Assembly (NCBI GenBank): GCA_965214095.1
Contig: OZ243938.1
Location: 1,632,001 to 1,696,000, forward strand
From: Candidatus Poribacteria bacterium
GTDB taxonomy: Bacteria > Poribacteria > WGA-4E > WGA-3G
Reading direction: 5' to 3'
Length of the DNA: 64,000 bases
Positions 1 through 10,908 of this stretch are shown here, in pieces (the stretch's first letter is position 1; every line of letters starts with the position of its first letter). Both the position numbers and the translations under genes were made by a program. Below the pieces are notes generated by a model that ran no database searches, had not been told where the DNA came from, and was given only the letters and a program-made list of their open reading frames with translations.

Positions 1-1
1 T

Positions 2-241
2 TTTATGGATACGATTGTTATCTTAAGTCTTGGTTCAGCTTGTGTTATGGATTTGACAAACGTCAAGGATAAGACGAGAAAGGTTCCGATTTGGCTTGCA
101 CCGGGAAGTTTGACTGTATTGCGTGATGATGCAAAGGTGAAATGGATGCACGGAATCCCTTCACGAAAAACAGATGTGTGGGATGGACGGAAGTATGAAC
201 GTCAGCGGCGGGTTTCGCTTAGTTTTAGGAGATTGGTGTAG
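2..241 (+). CDS. AlkB-family 2OG-Fe(II) dioxygenase, C-terminal part (5' truncated by window edge)
   Basis: IVILSLGSAC...GSLTVL...WMHGI...RRVSLSFR matches the AlkB C-terminal motifs (second His; RxSxxFR). Confidence 0.8.
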   Translation, partial: FMDTIVILSLGSACVMDLTNVKDKTRKVPIWLAPGSLTVLRDDAKVKWMHGIPSRKTDVWDGRKYERQRRVSLSFRRLV

Positions 242-269
242 GTGTGCCTAATACTGATTGCAACAACAG

Positions 270-301
270 AACCGTCACATTTATAGAAATATGTGACGGT
301 T
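270..301. terminator. Probable bidirectional terminator hairpin
   Basis: AACCGTCACAT-N10-ATGTGACGGTT inverted repeat between convergent genes. Confidence 0.65.
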
Positions 302-326
302 TATATTTCTGGTAAAACTCTCTAAA

Positions 327-995
327 TTAGAAACGTTCCGCTTTAACAGATGCCCATTGTGTCGTCAATTTCTCTTTTGCATCAACCGAAAACGGTTCAT
401 CAAGCGTGAGATCGTCTTTCGGTTCACCTTCAAAATAACGGAAGTTATCCAGCCAGAAATCAACATCAGATTGTGCAATAGCTAAACCTACCCACATATC
501 TCTGTCAATATCAACACCAGCCAGAAAAGTAAATGAATATTCTGCCCACTCTTCAGTTAGATTAAAGTTCTTGCCATTTCCATGAAATGCTGTCCAAGGG
601 TCCTGTTGTAACTGGATATTTATGCTGACTACTCGTGGTTCTTCAGCACGTGCCCAGAAAATAATTGTATATTCTTTCCCACCCTTCATAGAGACATCCA
701 TCTGTTTTACCTTTGCATGCCATGCTGTTCCAGTAGCTATGACACCGATAACTTTGAGGCTCTTGTCACCATGTTGTGCTTCTCTATTGTCAATTTCCCA
801 CCGATATTCACCACCGCGGTCACAACATGTCCCATCCTCTAATGTCCAAGAGGCTAAATCTTCTTCAAAACTGTAGTTTTCAAGGAGTAGTTCCCCTTTT
901 TCCCATTTTCCTAAGTTCTGCACGGTTCCTGAATAAGCACTAAATCCAATGAATATAGTCATTAGGATAACAATTATAAATATACCTTTGTGCAC
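327..995 (-). CDS. Secreted carbohydrate-binding (CBM4/9-like) protein with Poribacteria-type C-terminal tail
   Basis: Signal peptide; NYSFEEDLASW, GKEYTIIFWARAE, LTEEWAEYSFTF, FWLDNF (galactose-binding-like fold); tail SVDAKEKLTTQWASVK. Confidence 0.75.
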   Translation of the reverse strand: MHKGIFIIVILMTIFIGFSAYSGTVQNLGKWEKGELLLENYSFEEDLASWTLEDGTCCDRGGEYRWEIDNREAQHGDKSLKVIGVIATGTAWHAKVKQMDVSMKGGKEYTIIFWARAEEPRVVSINIQLQQDPWTAFHGNGKNFNLTEEWAEYSFTFLAGVDIDRDMWVGLAIAQSDVDFWLDNFRYFEGEPKDDLTLDEPFSVDAKEKLTTQWASVKAERF

Positions 996-1037
996 GTAAA
1001 ATTCTCCTTTACACCATATTTGGGTGCGTTTATTTGA

Positions 1038-1406
1038 TTAACTATTTCCACGCATGAGAGATTCCACTTCAGGTAAAATTTCCGACACAGCTTGTTGATC
1101 AACCTTGTCAGCGATACTTGTGTAACCTGCTGTGTGTATCATCTCTGCGAGATTTTTGCCAAGTTTTTCGATTGTCCATGCAACCGAATCCGGCACTTCA
1201 GTTTTATCAAGATTTCGATGGTCGTTCTTTCCCGATGGATCATAATGATAGTGCGGATTTTTATGAAAGCAGTCAAATCGTAGTAATTGCACATTTTTTC
1301 CGTCTGCTTCACCGAAAACACGCACAGAGGGACCACCATCATCTCCAAAATTGCGATTGTCCACGTGTAATTCAACGCCACCCGCGTGGAATACTTTTTC
1401 GTCCAT
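1038..1406 (-). CDS. Conserved hypothetical protein
   Basis: 122-aa ORF with GGAG RBS; LLRFDCF..PHYHYDP motif. Confidence 0.7.
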   Translation of the reverse strand: MDEKVFHAGGVELHVDNRNFGDDGGPSVRVFGEADGKNVQLLRFDCFHKNPHYHYDPSGKNDHRNLDKTEVPDSVAWTIEKLGKNLAEMIHTAGYTSIADKVDQQAVSEILPEVESLMRGNS

Positions 1407-1547
1407 GATATTACTCCATCTTTATTGAAATATGAGTGAATTATACTCTGGATCTCTGTTTAAGTCAACTGAAAATGACTACGGATATACATTACAACCG
1501 ACATAATCACCCTTAATCTTTTTTATAGTATTTACTTTAAAAAACAC

Positions 1548-1576
1548 TTGCAAACCGAATAAGAACATGCTATACT
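1548..1576 (+). promoter_or_regulatory. Sigma70-type promoter for the moaA/suf run
   Basis: TTGCAA-N17-TATACT with an extended -10 TG. Confidence 0.65.
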
Positions 1577-1590
1577 ATTAAAAAATAATA

Positions 1591-2601
1591 TTGGTCTACT
1601 CAATGATGAAAGAACAACTGATTGACAAGTTTGGACGTGTCCATACGAACCTAAGAATCTCCGTCACAGATGTATGTAATTTTCGGTGTATCTATTGTAT
1701 GCCTGAAGATATGGTATTTATGCCAGATGCAGCACTGATGACATACAGCGAGATTCTGCATTTCACACGGATCTTTGTCCGCTTAGGTGTTAACAAACTT
1801 CGGATTACAGGTGGTGAACCGCTTGTACGTCCCGGTGTGCCGCAACTCATAGAACAACTCGGACAGATAGATGCGTTGAAAGATATTAGTTTGACGACCA
1901 ATGGAATCGGACTTATAACCCAAGCAAAACCACTATACGATGCTGGACTTAGGCGAATCAATGTCAGTTTGGATACGTTGAATGAAGAGAAGTTTGAACA
2001 GATGACGCGACGTAAAGTCCTTTCGCGAGTGATTGCAGGACTAAAAGCAGCACACGACTGCGGATTTAATCCAATTAAAGTCAACGCAGTTGCAATGCGT
2101 GGATTTACCGATGATGAAATCGTGGATTTGGTCACTTTCGCTCGTGAAAACAGTTATCACATGCGTTTCATAGAGTTTATGCCGCTGGATGCCGATGATA
2201 TATGGGGACGTAACATGTTCATCCCCAGCAAAGAGATTATTGATAAGATTAGCAATGTTTATCCACTGGAACAAATGTCGCTAAACGGTGATTCAAAGAG
2301 CGATACGGCACAACGTTTCCGCTTTGCTGATAATGGTGCTGAAGTCGGTGTGATACCCTCTGTGAGTGAACCTTTCTGTGAAAACTGCAATCGTATCCGT
2401 CTTACGGCTGATGGCAAGTTCCGAACATGTTTATTTTCGCTAACAGAGACTGACCTACTAACACCTTTACGTGATGGTGCGGATGATGAAACGATTGAAG
2501 CGTTAATAATTGACGCAGTTGCACAGAAGGAAGCTGGACATAAAATTAATGCTGCAGACTTTATCAAACCTGAGCGGAATATGTCAATGATTGGTGGGTA
2601 A
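1591..2601 (+). CDS. moaA: GTP 3',8-cyclase MoaA (radical SAM); start may be ATG at 1603
   Basis: LRISVTDVCNFRCIYCMP, TGGEPL, FCENCNRIRLTADG, C-terminal MSMIGG. Confidence 0.97.
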   Translation: MVYSMMKEQLIDKFGRVHTNLRISVTDVCNFRCIYCMPEDMVFMPDAALMTYSEILHFTRIFVRLGVNKLRITGGEPLVRPGVPQLIEQLGQIDALKDISLTTNGIGLITQAKPLYDAGLRRINVSLDTLNEEKFEQMTRRKVLSRVIAGLKAAHDCGFNPIKVNAVAMRGFTDDEIVDLVTFARENSYHMRFIEFMPLDADDIWGRNMFIPSKEIIDKISNVYPLEQMSLNGDSKSDTAQRFRFADNGAEVGVIPSVSEPFCENCNRIRLTADGKFRTCLFSLTETDLLTPLRDGADDETIEALIIDAVAQKEAGHKINAADFIKPERNMSMIGG

Positions 2602-2615
2602 CAACGCAGATCATA

Positions 2616-2954
2616 ATGCGAGAGATACAACCAAGACAAATACAAGTATATCAAACACCTAACGGAAGAGAACCTTTCAACGAATGGTTAGTTTCAATTC
2701 GAGATATAGAACTACAAGGTCGGATACGAGCACGTCTTGAACGTCTTGAAGAAGGTAATTTAGGAGATTGTCAAACTGTTGGTGATGGGGTATTTGAGTT
2801 GCGGATCCATTTTGGAGCAGGCTATCGAATATATTTTGGACAGATAGGTAACACAATCCTTCTTTTGCTTTGTGGCGGTGATAAGTCATCACAAAGACGA
2901 GATATAGAACGGGCAAAAACATATTGGCTGGAATATAAGAGAGAACACCTATGA
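2616..2954 (+). CDS. Type II toxin, RelE/ParE superfamily (addiction module killer, HI1419-like)
   Basis: RLEEGNLGD..VGDGVFELRIHFGAGYRIYF..LLLCGGDKSSQRRDI. Confidence 0.9.
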   Translation: MREIQPRQIQVYQTPNGREPFNEWLVSIRDIELQGRIRARLERLEEGNLGDCQTVGDGVFELRIHFGAGYRIYFGQIGNTILLLLCGGDKSSQRRDIERAKTYWLEYKREHL

Positions 2955-3340
2955 GAAAAATGAGAACATGGCGCGAATGTCTTGTTGAGCAAATTAGTGA
3001 CAGGCAAAGTGCAATTGCTTATCTGCAAGCAATCCTTGAAGACTACCATATCTACAAAAATCCTGTAGTAGTTCTAAGATCCCTTCGAACCGTCGTTGAA
3101 GCGCAAGGTGGAGTTTCTAAACTCGCAAAGCAGATAGATATTGACCCTCAGTTACTATCAAAAATGATCTCCAATGAGGATATCCCTTTAATTGACGCAC
3201 TCGGAATTGTTCTTAAGTCACTTGGATATCAACTCTCAATACAACCGATAAAACCAGCAAACCTCGGCTCTGATATGTATACTGATACGTTTGAGGAACA
3301 AAGCGCATCAACACACGTAGCGGAAAATCAAATCAACTAA
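2951..3340 (+). CDS. Cognate HTH antitoxin (addiction module antidote, HI1420-like)
   Basis: ATGA overlap with the toxin; AYLQAILE..LRTVVEAQGGVSKLAK..LKSLG. Confidence 0.82.
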   Translation: MRKMRTWRECLVEQISDRQSAIAYLQAILEDYHIYKNPVVVLRSLRTVVEAQGGVSKLAKQIDIDPQLLSKMISNEDIPLIDALGIVLKSLGYQLSIQPIKPANLGSDMYTDTFEEQSASTHVAENQIN

Positions 3341-3438
3341 AATAACGATGCAACAAAGAAATCAGATAGATCATAAAACAAGACTAAAGCATTAAATGTT
3401 TCTAATTTTACAAAAAGTAAGGAGTCCTGAGAGAAAAA

Positions 3439-4236
3439 ATGAGCAATGACTTAGTAATAAAAGATTTACACATCAGTGTGCAAGGAAATAAGATCATCAA
3501 TGGATTAAATTTAACTGTTAAACAGGGTGAGGTGCACGCTCTTATGGGACCGAATGGGTCCGGTAAAAGCACACTCGCGAACGGTTTGATGGGTCATCCG
3601 TTATATGATGTTGATTCAGGTGAGGTGATATTCAACGGTGTTGATATTTTGGAATTGGAACCGAATGAGCGCGCAAAATTAGGTCTTTTCCTGGCTTTCC
3701 AATATCCAACAGTTATCCCAGGAGTCAGTATGGCGAATTTTCTCCGGAGTGCTGTCAGTGCTGTCCGTTCTGCGGAAACGAACGGTTCTGAAAATCCTGA
3801 ACTGATTCCGATGCGTGAATTCCGCAAAGAACTACGCGAAAAAATGGATCAACTTGATATCGATGATTCCTTCGCAAGACGTTATCTCAACGATGGATTT
3901 TCTGGTGGTGAGAAAAAACGCGCTGAAATCTTGCAACTCGCGATGCTTGAACCGAAAATCGCTGTGCTTGACGAAACTGACTCCGGACTTGATATTGATG
4001 CTGTGCGAATTGTTGGTGAAAGCGTGAATAGTTTGGTTGGGCCTGAACTCGGTGTCCTGATTATCACACACTATCCAAGGCTGTTGGACTATATCCGTCC
4101 AGAGTTTGTGCATATACTGCTTGATGGCAGGATTGTGGAATCGGGTGGTTTTGAACTCACACAAATATTAGAGGCAGAAGGTTACGATCCTATTCGTGAA
4201 AAACACGGTATTGCTGAAGTTGTTCAGCAAAAATAA
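3439..4236 (+). CDS. sufC: Fe-S cluster assembly ATPase SufC
   Basis: [45 protein letters not shown]. Confidence 0.97.
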   Translation: MSNDLVIKDLHISVQGNKIINGLNLTVKQGEVHALMGPNGSGKSTLANGLMGHPLYDVDSGEVIFNGVDILELEPNERAKLGLFLAFQYPTVIPGVSMANFLRSAVSAVRSAETNGSENPELIPMREFRKELREKMDQLDIDDSFARRYLNDGFSGGEKKRAEILQLAMLEPKIAVLDETDSGLDIDAVRIVGESVNSLVGPELGVLIITHYPRLLDYIRPEFVHILLDGRIVESGGFELTQILEAEGYDPIREKHGIAEVVQQK

Positions 4237-4256
4237 AGTACAACGGAGGAACTCAA

Positions 4257-5675
4257 ATGGCAACCCCAGAAACGCAACAACTTGACGAAATGGGAATCAG
4301 TAAAGACTACAAATACGGATTCCACGACGATATTAAGCCCACGTTCAAATCCAGAAAAGGATTGGACGAGGAAATCATCAATCAGATGTGCGATATCAAA
4401 GAAGAACCTGATTGGATGCGTGAATATAGACTCAAGGCTTACGAAATCTTTAAACAGAAACCGATGACAAAATGGGGTGGAGACCTTTCCACGCTCGATT
4501 TTGACGATATCTATTATTATGTCAAAGCCTCTGACCGTAGCGAGCGGAGTTGGGACGATGTGCCAGAAGATATCAAGAATACCTTCGACCGCCTCGGTAT
4601 ACCAGAAGCAGAACGGAAATTCCTGGCTGGTGTCGGTGCACAATACGATTCCGAGGTCGTCTATCACAATCTCGTTGAAGAATTGGATAAAATCGGTGTC
4701 ATTTTTGTAGACACAGATACTGCTGTCAAAGAATATCCTGACCTTGTGAAGAAATACTTCGGTACTATTATTCCATCTGCGGACAACCAATTTGCCGCAC
4801 TGAATAGTGCTGTCTGGAGTGGTGGTAGTTTTATTTATGTGCCTCCCGGTGTAAAGGTCGACTATCCATTGCAGGCATATTTCCGCATCAACACCGAAAA
4901 CATGGGACAGTTTGAACGTACGCTTATCATCGCTGACGAAGGTTCACAAGTGCATTACGTTGAAGGGTGCACAGCACCAACGTTCAGCAGCGAATCCTTG
5001 CATAGTGCTGTCGTTGAAATCGTCTGCATGAAAGGTTCACGGGTGCGTTACACAACTATCCAGAACTGGGCAAGTAATGTCTACAACCTTGTCACCAAAC
5101 GTGCCCTTGCCTACGAAGACGCACAGATGGAATGGGTTGATGGCAACCTCGGTAGTAAGTTGACGATGAAGTATCCGAGTGTCTATATGATGGAACCCGG
5201 TGCTCGAGGAGAAATCCTCTCTATTGCGTTCGCAAGCAAAGGACAGCATCAAGATGCAGGTGCCAAAGTCTATCATTGTGCACCGCACACTACCTCACAG
5301 ATTACATCAAAATCCATCAGCAAAGATGGTGGACGTTCCAGTTATCGTGGTTGGGTTGATGTTGCGAAAGGCGCGAAGGGATGCAAATCTCACGTTGTTT
5401 GTGATGCACTTCTACTTGACAAAGAATCGCGTTCAGATACCTATCCGGTCATTGAAATCAATGAAAACGATACGAACATTGAGCACGAAGCACGCGTTAG
5501 CAAAATCGGTGAAGAGCAACTCTTCTACTTGATGAGTCGTGGATTATCCGAAGAAGAAGCTTCTACCATGATTGTCAACGGGTTTATTGAGCCACTTGTC
5601 AAGGAACTTCCGATGGAATATGCTGTTGAGATGAACCGACTCATCCAACTTCAGATGGAAGGTTCAATCGGATAA
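4257..5675 (+). CDS. sufB: Fe-S cluster assembly protein SufB
   Basis: [42 protein letters not shown]. Confidence 0.98.
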   Translation: MATPETQQLDEMGISKDYKYGFHDDIKPTFKSRKGLDEEIINQMCDIKEEPDWMREYRLKAYEIFKQKPMTKWGGDLSTLDFDDIYYYVKASDRSERSWDDVPEDIKNTFDRLGIPEAERKFLAGVGAQYDSEVVYHNLVEELDKIGVIFVDTDTAVKEYPDLVKKYFGTIIPSADNQFAALNSAVWSGGSFIYVPPGVKVDYPLQAYFRINTENMGQFERTLIIADEGSQVHYVEGCTAPTFSSESLHSAVVEIVCMKGSRVRYTTIQNWASNVYNLVTKRALAYEDAQMEWVDGNLGSKLTMKYPSVYMMEPGARGEILSIAFASKGQHQDAGAKVYHCAPHTTSQITSKSISKDGGRSSYRGWVDVAKGAKGCKSHVVCDALLLDKESRSDTYPVIEINENDTNIEHEARVSKIGEEQLFYLMSRGLSEEEASTMIVNGFIEPLVKELPMEYAVEMNRLIQLQMEGSIG

Positions 5676-5687
5676 TAACATGGTGTT

Positions 5688-5714
5688 GTAGGGCAAGGTC
5701 TCTGTGCCTTGGCC
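5688..5714 (+). repeat. GTAG-type REP-like palindrome between sufB and sufD
   Basis: GTAG-GGCAAGG-tctctgtg-CCTTGGCC. Confidence 0.45.
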
Positions 5715-5738
5715 TTACTTCACACGAGGAACAAAATA

Positions 5739-7088
5739 TTGCAAACAGGTGAATTTTCAAAAGACTATGTTGAACAAATAGCGCGTGATGAACCGCAGTG
5801 GATGCGTGACAGACGGTTGGAAGCATATTCGCTTTACGAATCGTTACCAATGCCGCATACAACTGAAGATGATACATGGCGGCGCACTGTAGATATGCGG
5901 ACACAGGATTACTGGCGACGCACTCGTCGAAACCTACGTGGATTCGCTATTGACAACTATCGTCCAGCTTCTAAAACAAATGGTAGTGCACCGGTTACAG
6001 GAGAAGTTGGTGCGGGGATTTTCGTCCAAGTTGATGGATCCACCAAACACATTCATCTGTCTCCTGAATTAGAGAAAAAGGACATTTACTTCGCTGATCT
6101 TCATACGGCTGTAAAAGAACGCGGAGACTTAATTCGTGACTACTTCATGACAAAAGCGGTCACGATAGAAACATCCCTAAAAAGTGGGAATTTTGCGAGT
6201 CATAACGCATTTGATGCGCTTCACGGTGCATTTTGGAATGGTGGATACGTAATTCACATCCCAAAAGGTGTCAGGGTAGAAGACCCAATACGGGTATTTC
6301 TTGAACACTCTGAAAACCAGCATGCGGATCTATCACATGTTCTCCTCATCGCTGAAGAGGATAGTCAAGTGGTTATTATAGAAGATAATGCATCTGAAAA
6401 GTTGGATACAGAAGGTTTACACTGTGGTGCGGTTGAGTTATTTGCCGGACAGAATGCCAATGTGACTTACGTTCAGGTGCAACACTGGAACCGTCAGGTC
6501 TGGAACTTCGCGTCACAACGCGCTGTTGTTAGCAAAGATGCGCAACTCACATGGGTCACTGCTACCTTTGGAAGTAGATTAAGCAAGCTAAACCAAGCAG
6601 TAGTGTTAGACGGTACTGGCAGTAATGCACAACTATTAGGGTTGGCTTTCACCGATGCACGTCAACATTTAGATGTTAGCACTGCACAGGAACATTTGTC
6701 ACCTTATACTTCAAGCGACCTTCTTTATAGGACTGTCTTGAAGGATAGATCACAAACCGCTTGGGGTGGAAATATCTATGTGTATCCTGGGGCAAATTAT
6801 ACCGATGCGTATCAGAAAAATGACAATCTGCTATTGAGTGAACGCGCACATGCGGATACGCTGCCCGGATTAGAGATTGAGGCACATGAAGTCCGATGCA
6901 CACACGGTGCAACTGCTGGACAGATTGATGCTGAACAAGTCTTCTACTTGATGAGTCGTGGTATACCTTACGATTTAGCAGAAAAATTGATAGTTGATGG
7001 ATTTTTTGAACCTGTCATGGAACGTATACCTATGCAGGCAGTCCGAGAAGAAATGCAAGAATTTGTCTCACATAAATTAGGAACATAA
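5739..7088 (+). CDS. sufD: Fe-S cluster assembly protein SufD
   Basis: DTLPGLEIEAHEVRCTHGATAGQIDAEQVFYLMSRG; TTG start at 5739 follows a GAGGA RBS (ORF track starts at 5709). Confidence 0.93.
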   Translation: MQTGEFSKDYVEQIARDEPQWMRDRRLEAYSLYESLPMPHTTEDDTWRRTVDMRTQDYWRRTRRNLRGFAIDNYRPASKTNGSAPVTGEVGAGIFVQVDGSTKHIHLSPELEKKDIYFADLHTAVKERGDLIRDYFMTKAVTIETSLKSGNFASHNAFDALHGAFWNGGYVIHIPKGVRVEDPIRVFLEHSENQHADLSHVLLIAEEDSQVVIIEDNASEKLDTEGLHCGAVELFAGQNANVTYVQVQHWNRQVWNFASQRAVVSKDAQLTWVTATFGSRLSKLNQAVVLDGTGSNAQLLGLAFTDARQHLDVSTAQEHLSPYTSSDLLYRTVLKDRSQTAWGGNIYVYPGANYTDAYQKNDNLLLSERAHADTLPGLEIEAHEVRCTHGATAGQIDAEQVFYLMSRGIPYDLAEKLIVDGFFEPVMERIPMQAVREEMQEFVSHKLGT

Positions 7089-7139
7089 CAATTGTAAGCA
7101 CGTCATAAGACGTTGCCAAAATAGAAAGGAGTTATTACA

Positions 7140-7481
7140 ATGAATCAACCGAAAATAATCGCCTATATGAAACCTGTCTGTGGCTGGAGCAATGGTGTCC
7201 GTGCCATTTTCGCCAAATATAAATTGGATTATGAAGACAGAGATATTATTAACGACGAGAACAACTATCGTGAAATGGTGCAGAAGACACGGCAGCCTTA
7301 CCAACCATGCGTCCAAATTGATGAAGTTATGCTTGCAGATGTCAGTGGAGACGAAGTGGAAGCATATCTGCTTGAGGAAGGGATTGTCGCACAAAACGCA
7401 GCTGAAACCGATGTGCCGACTGATCAGGCATGCGAAAGTCACGATACAGCTCCTGTCAATATCGGCTTCCCAAGCAGGTAA
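7140..7481 (+). CDS. Monothiol glutaredoxin-like protein
   Basis: YMKPVCGWS (CxxS) and QPCVQID thioredoxin-fold motifs. Confidence 0.8.
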   Translation: MNQPKIIAYMKPVCGWSNGVRAIFAKYKLDYEDRDIINDENNYREMVQKTRQPYQPCVQIDEVMLADVSGDEVEAYLLEEGIVAQNAAETDVPTDQACESHDTAPVNIGFPSR

Positions 7482-7502
7482 ACCTATTTCATAAACACAC
7501 TG

Positions 7503-7526
7503 GTAGGCGCGCTTTCTAAGCGCGCT
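7503..7526 (+). repeat. GTAG REP-like element (second copy at 28902-28925)
   Basis: GTAGGCGCGCTTTCTAAGCGCGCT, 22/24 identical to the reverse complement of 28902-28925. Confidence 0.65.
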
Positions 7527-7599
7527 ATTTCCTGTTGTATAGCATTATACAAGTTTTAAGGAGGGTATTGGGATAGATTAGGAAGTATATAATATTAGA

Positions 7600-8291
7600 A
7601 TGACACTTAAGGAACATATTGATGACATTAGTGATCTGCTAAAAGAAGGGGTATTTGCGAAAGAAAAAGAACGTACAGTATCTGATCATATTGTGAATAG
7701 GCTGCTTCAGGCATTAGAACGGCCGATATTTGCACCACAGATTGTCATTGACGAGTACCTAATTGAAGGACGAAGAGTGGATTTTGCCCTGTGTCACCCA
7801 GAATCAACACCACGAGTTTTTGTTGAGGCGAAAAGGGTCGGGAACATTGATAAAGGAAGAGAAAAGTCGGACATGAACCTACAGAAGAACAGGTAGTATC
7901 TTTTCTGAAAAACTTATCTGTTCCAACTGTAAAGCCAAGATCTGTTCCTAAGGACGTTTCCATCAAGAAAAATTCGCAACGTAAGAGTAAACTACCAAAA
8001 CGACTGAGAGTTACGATGGATGGCGGAGAAGTGATTGAGCATGAAGATGGGATAGATACCTTTGTTGATGTTATTGAGAAGATAGGAATAGAACGTGTCA
8101 GAGAACTTAATATAGTCAGGAATTCTATTCCTTTTATATCTACTTCTAAAGATCCTGAACGCGATCAACACAAATGTGGTCAATATTATATAGTATCGGG
8201 ACTATCTTCAAAGAATAAGGAGAGGACTCTTAATCGGATAGCTAAGGAATTAGAAATCGAACTAGATGTAAAACTTGTTGATAAAGTTTGA
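7600..8291 (+). pseudogene. HsdR_N-like PD-(D/E)XK restriction-nuclease gene collapsed by internal deletion and frameshift
   Basis: 7600-7860 encodes EY....RVDFAL...VFVEAKR. A different frame is open from about 7863 (KVGHEPTEEQVVSFL...) through the 8016-8291 ORF. Confidence 0.65.
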
Positions 8292-8358
8292 AAAGTTGTG
8301 ATTGAAACAGCATTCCATGTAAAGGTTCCTGCAAGGTGATTAAATAGGAAGCATTACC

Positions 8359-8862
8359 ATGCTACATATAGCGGAAGATCTCCAAATCGCAGAGACTATT
8401 AATCAAATTCTAAAAGATTATGATTTTCTGGAATATGATGAAAAGCAGTCTAGGGACGATATACTATGCATAAAGGTAACCCACCCCGAAATTGAACGTG
8501 ATTTTGAGTACTGCGAGAATATCCGCAAAAAATTGGAGAAATCTACTAATCTAAGTTTTTTTATACCTGACAAAGCCTATTTTGAAAGGAATGATTGTCG
8601 AAAAGCAGCGAATTATTTCACTTTGAAATTGAGAATAACTTCTAATCCAGGCCAGTGTGGCGGCAGACCTTGCATCCGAGGGATGCGGATTCGGGTGACA
8701 GATGTTTTAGACTTACTTGCCAGCGGACTCTCTTTTAAAGAGATTCTTGAGGAAATGCCGGACCTTAATTCCGAAGATATTGTGGCATGCCTCAAATTCG
8801 CTGTGCATAAAATTGATCCTCCGGTGATTCGTAAAACTGATCATCCAGTGATTACTGTATGA
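8359..8862 (+). CDS. DUF433 antitoxin with N-terminal extension
   Basis: C-terminal ITSNPGQCGGRPCIRGMRIRVTDVLDLLASG..DIVACLKFA. Confidence 0.85.
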   Translation: MLHIAEDLQIAETINQILKDYDFLEYDEKQSRDDILCIKVTHPEIERDFEYCENIRKKLEKSTNLSFFIPDKAYFERNDCRKAANYFTLKLRITSNPGQCGGRPCIRGMRIRVTDVLDLLASGLSFKEILEEMPDLNSEDIVACLKFAVHKIDPPVIRKTDHPVITV

Positions 8863-9200
8863 AGGTTTGGATAGATGCTCAACTTTCTTCAGCACTTGCA
8901 CCATGGATCAAGAATACTTTTGCTGTTGATGCGTTTTCAGCCAAGTGGCTTAAATTTCAAGAAGCGAGTGATAGAGATATATTTTTAGCGGCGCGAGAGA
9001 CAGAATGTGTTGTGATGACAAAAGACTACGATTTTGTTGAATTATTGGATCAGTTTGGTCCACCACCGCAAATAATTTGGATTAGATGTGGTAATACATC
9101 AAATGCTCAAATGCGTAAGATTTTGCTGCATAGTTTCCCAAAAGTCCTTTCGCTTTTACAAGAAGGAGAACCTTTAGTAGAAATCACGGATTTCTCGTAG
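8859..9200 (+). CDS. DUF5615 / VapC45-type PIN toxin
   Basis: MKVWIDAQLS..ASDRDI..MTKDYDF..PPQIIWIRCGNTS; ATGA overlap with the DUF433 gene. Confidence 0.88.
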   Translation: MKVWIDAQLSSALAPWIKNTFAVDAFSAKWLKFQEASDRDIFLAARETECVVMTKDYDFVELLDQFGPPPQIIWIRCGNTSNAQMRKILLHSFPKVLSLLQEGEPLVEITDFS

Positions 9201-9254
9201 ATAAGACTATGTAACTGTTCAATCAAGCCTCAACAAACATCTGGTATAATCAAT

Positions 9255-10511
9255 ATGACACAAAAAACAAAACACACCTCAGACTTTCGTCCACTTGATG
9301 TCCGAGCCATACGCGGAGATTTCCCCATTTTCTCCGACACACCACCGTTGGCATTTCTTGACAGTGCCGCGTCAACGCAAACACCGCGTCCTGTCGTTGA
9401 AGCAATGGACGCTTATTATGACACCTATCGTTCTAATATACATCGTGGCATATATCGGATTTCAGAGGAAGCAACAGAACAGCATGAAAATGCACGTAAA
9501 AAAATAGCACACCTAATTAACGCACCACGCACATCACAAATTGTCTTCACACGGAATACAACAGAATCTATCAATCTCGTCGCATATAGTTGGGGGAGTA
9601 TGAACATTAGTCAAGGTGATGAGATCGTTCTTACCGACCTTGAGCATCATAGCAACCTTGTCCCGTGGCAAATGCTCGCACAGCGCACTGGTGCTACACT
9701 CAGATATCTTGAGATAACCGATCAAGGTTTACTCGACTTCACACAACTACAGGATATACTATCAGAGAATACAAAGATAGTAGCTATAACCCATGTTTCA
9801 AACGTATTAGGGACAATCAATCCGATTCAGTCTGTTATAGATGCTGCGCACGCTGCTGGTGCGAAAGTACTAATAGATGCCGCGCAATCCGTTCCACATT
9901 TTCATGTGGATGTTCAGCAACTGGATTGTGATTTTCTCGCATTTTCTGGACATAAGATGTGCGGTCCCACAGGTATTGGTGTGTTATACGGAAAATTGGA
10001 TCTACTTGAGGAGATGCCGCCGTTTCTCGGTGGCGGTTCAATGATACGTTCTGTTGAACGGGACATCTCAACGTATGCAGATGTGCCTGCAAAGTTTGAA
10101 GCAGGTACACCGAGTATTGCAGAAGCAATCGGTCTCGGTGCTGCCGCAGATTATATTACACAAGCAGGCTTAGCATCAATTCATGTCCATGAACAAGAAC
10201 TTGTTAAATATGCTCATGATCGTCTACAGGATATTGAAGGCATTACAATATATGGTCCAGCACCACATCAGAAGGCAGGTGTTATCTCCTTTAATATAGA
10301 TGGCATCCATCCGCATGATGTTGCTGGAATTTTAGATACACATAACATCGCTATTCGCGCAGGACATCACTGCGCACAACCGTTAATGAAAAAATTAGAT
10401 GTTATCGCAACTGCTCGTGCCAGTTTCTACTTATACAACACACTTGAAGATGTAGATCGCTTATATGAAGCACTCCAGAAGGCACAAGCACTTATGATAC
10501 GGAGAAAATAA
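9255..10511 (+). CDS. sufS: Cysteine desulfurase SufS
   Basis: LDSAAS, EHHSNLVPWQ, FSGHKMCGPTGIG (PLP Lys), IRAGHHCAQPL. Confidence 0.97.
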   Translation: MTQKTKHTSDFRPLDVRAIRGDFPIFSDTPPLAFLDSAASTQTPRPVVEAMDAYYDTYRSNIHRGIYRISEEATEQHENARKKIAHLINAPRTSQIVFTRNTTESINLVAYSWGSMNISQGDEIVLTDLEHHSNLVPWQMLAQRTGATLRYLEITDQGLLDFTQLQDILSENTKIVAITHVSNVLGTINPIQSVIDAAHAAGAKVLIDAAQSVPHFHVDVQQLDCDFLAFSGHKMCGPTGIGVLYGKLDLLEEMPPFLGGGSMIRSVERDISTYADVPAKFEAGTPSIAEAIGLGAAADYITQAGLASIHVHEQELVKYAHDRLQDIEGITIYGPAPHQKAGVISFNIDGIHPHDVAGILDTHNIAIRAGHHCAQPLMKKLDVIATARASFYLYNTLEDVDRLYEALQKAQALMIRRK

Positions 10512-10900
10512 TGAACATTTATCAGGAAGAACTACTTGACCACTACGAAAATCCCTGCAATTATGGTACATTACCGAACCCCGATATTTCACACGAGGAA
10601 GATAATCCATTATGCGGGGACAAGATTCGGATGGACCTACTTGTTGAGGATGATACAATCAAAGAAGTGCGGTTTTGTGGACATGGGTGTACAATCAGTC
10701 TAGCCGCTGCATCTATGCTGACGGAAAAGATTGAAGGTAAGACACTCACAGAAATTAAAAATCTCTCACGAGACGACATAATGGATATGATCGGCATTCC
10801 GTTGGGACCTGTCCGTGTGAAATGTGCATTATTAGCACTCAAAGTTCTTAAAGCTGGGGCTTATGGTATTAAAGGTTGGCCCGGTGAAGAAGATGAATAA
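10511..10900 (+). CDS. sufU: SufU/NifU-type scaffold and sulfur-transfer protein
   Basis: YQEELLDHYENP, NPLCGD, GCTISLAAASM, RVKCALL. Confidence 0.9.
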   Translation: MNIYQEELLDHYENPCNYGTLPNPDISHEEDNPLCGDKIRMDLLVEDDTIKEVRFCGHGCTISLAAASMLTEKIEGKTLTEIKNLSRDDIMDMIGIPLGPVRVKCALLALKVLKAGAYGIKGWPGEEDE

Positions 10901-10908
10901 GGAACATA

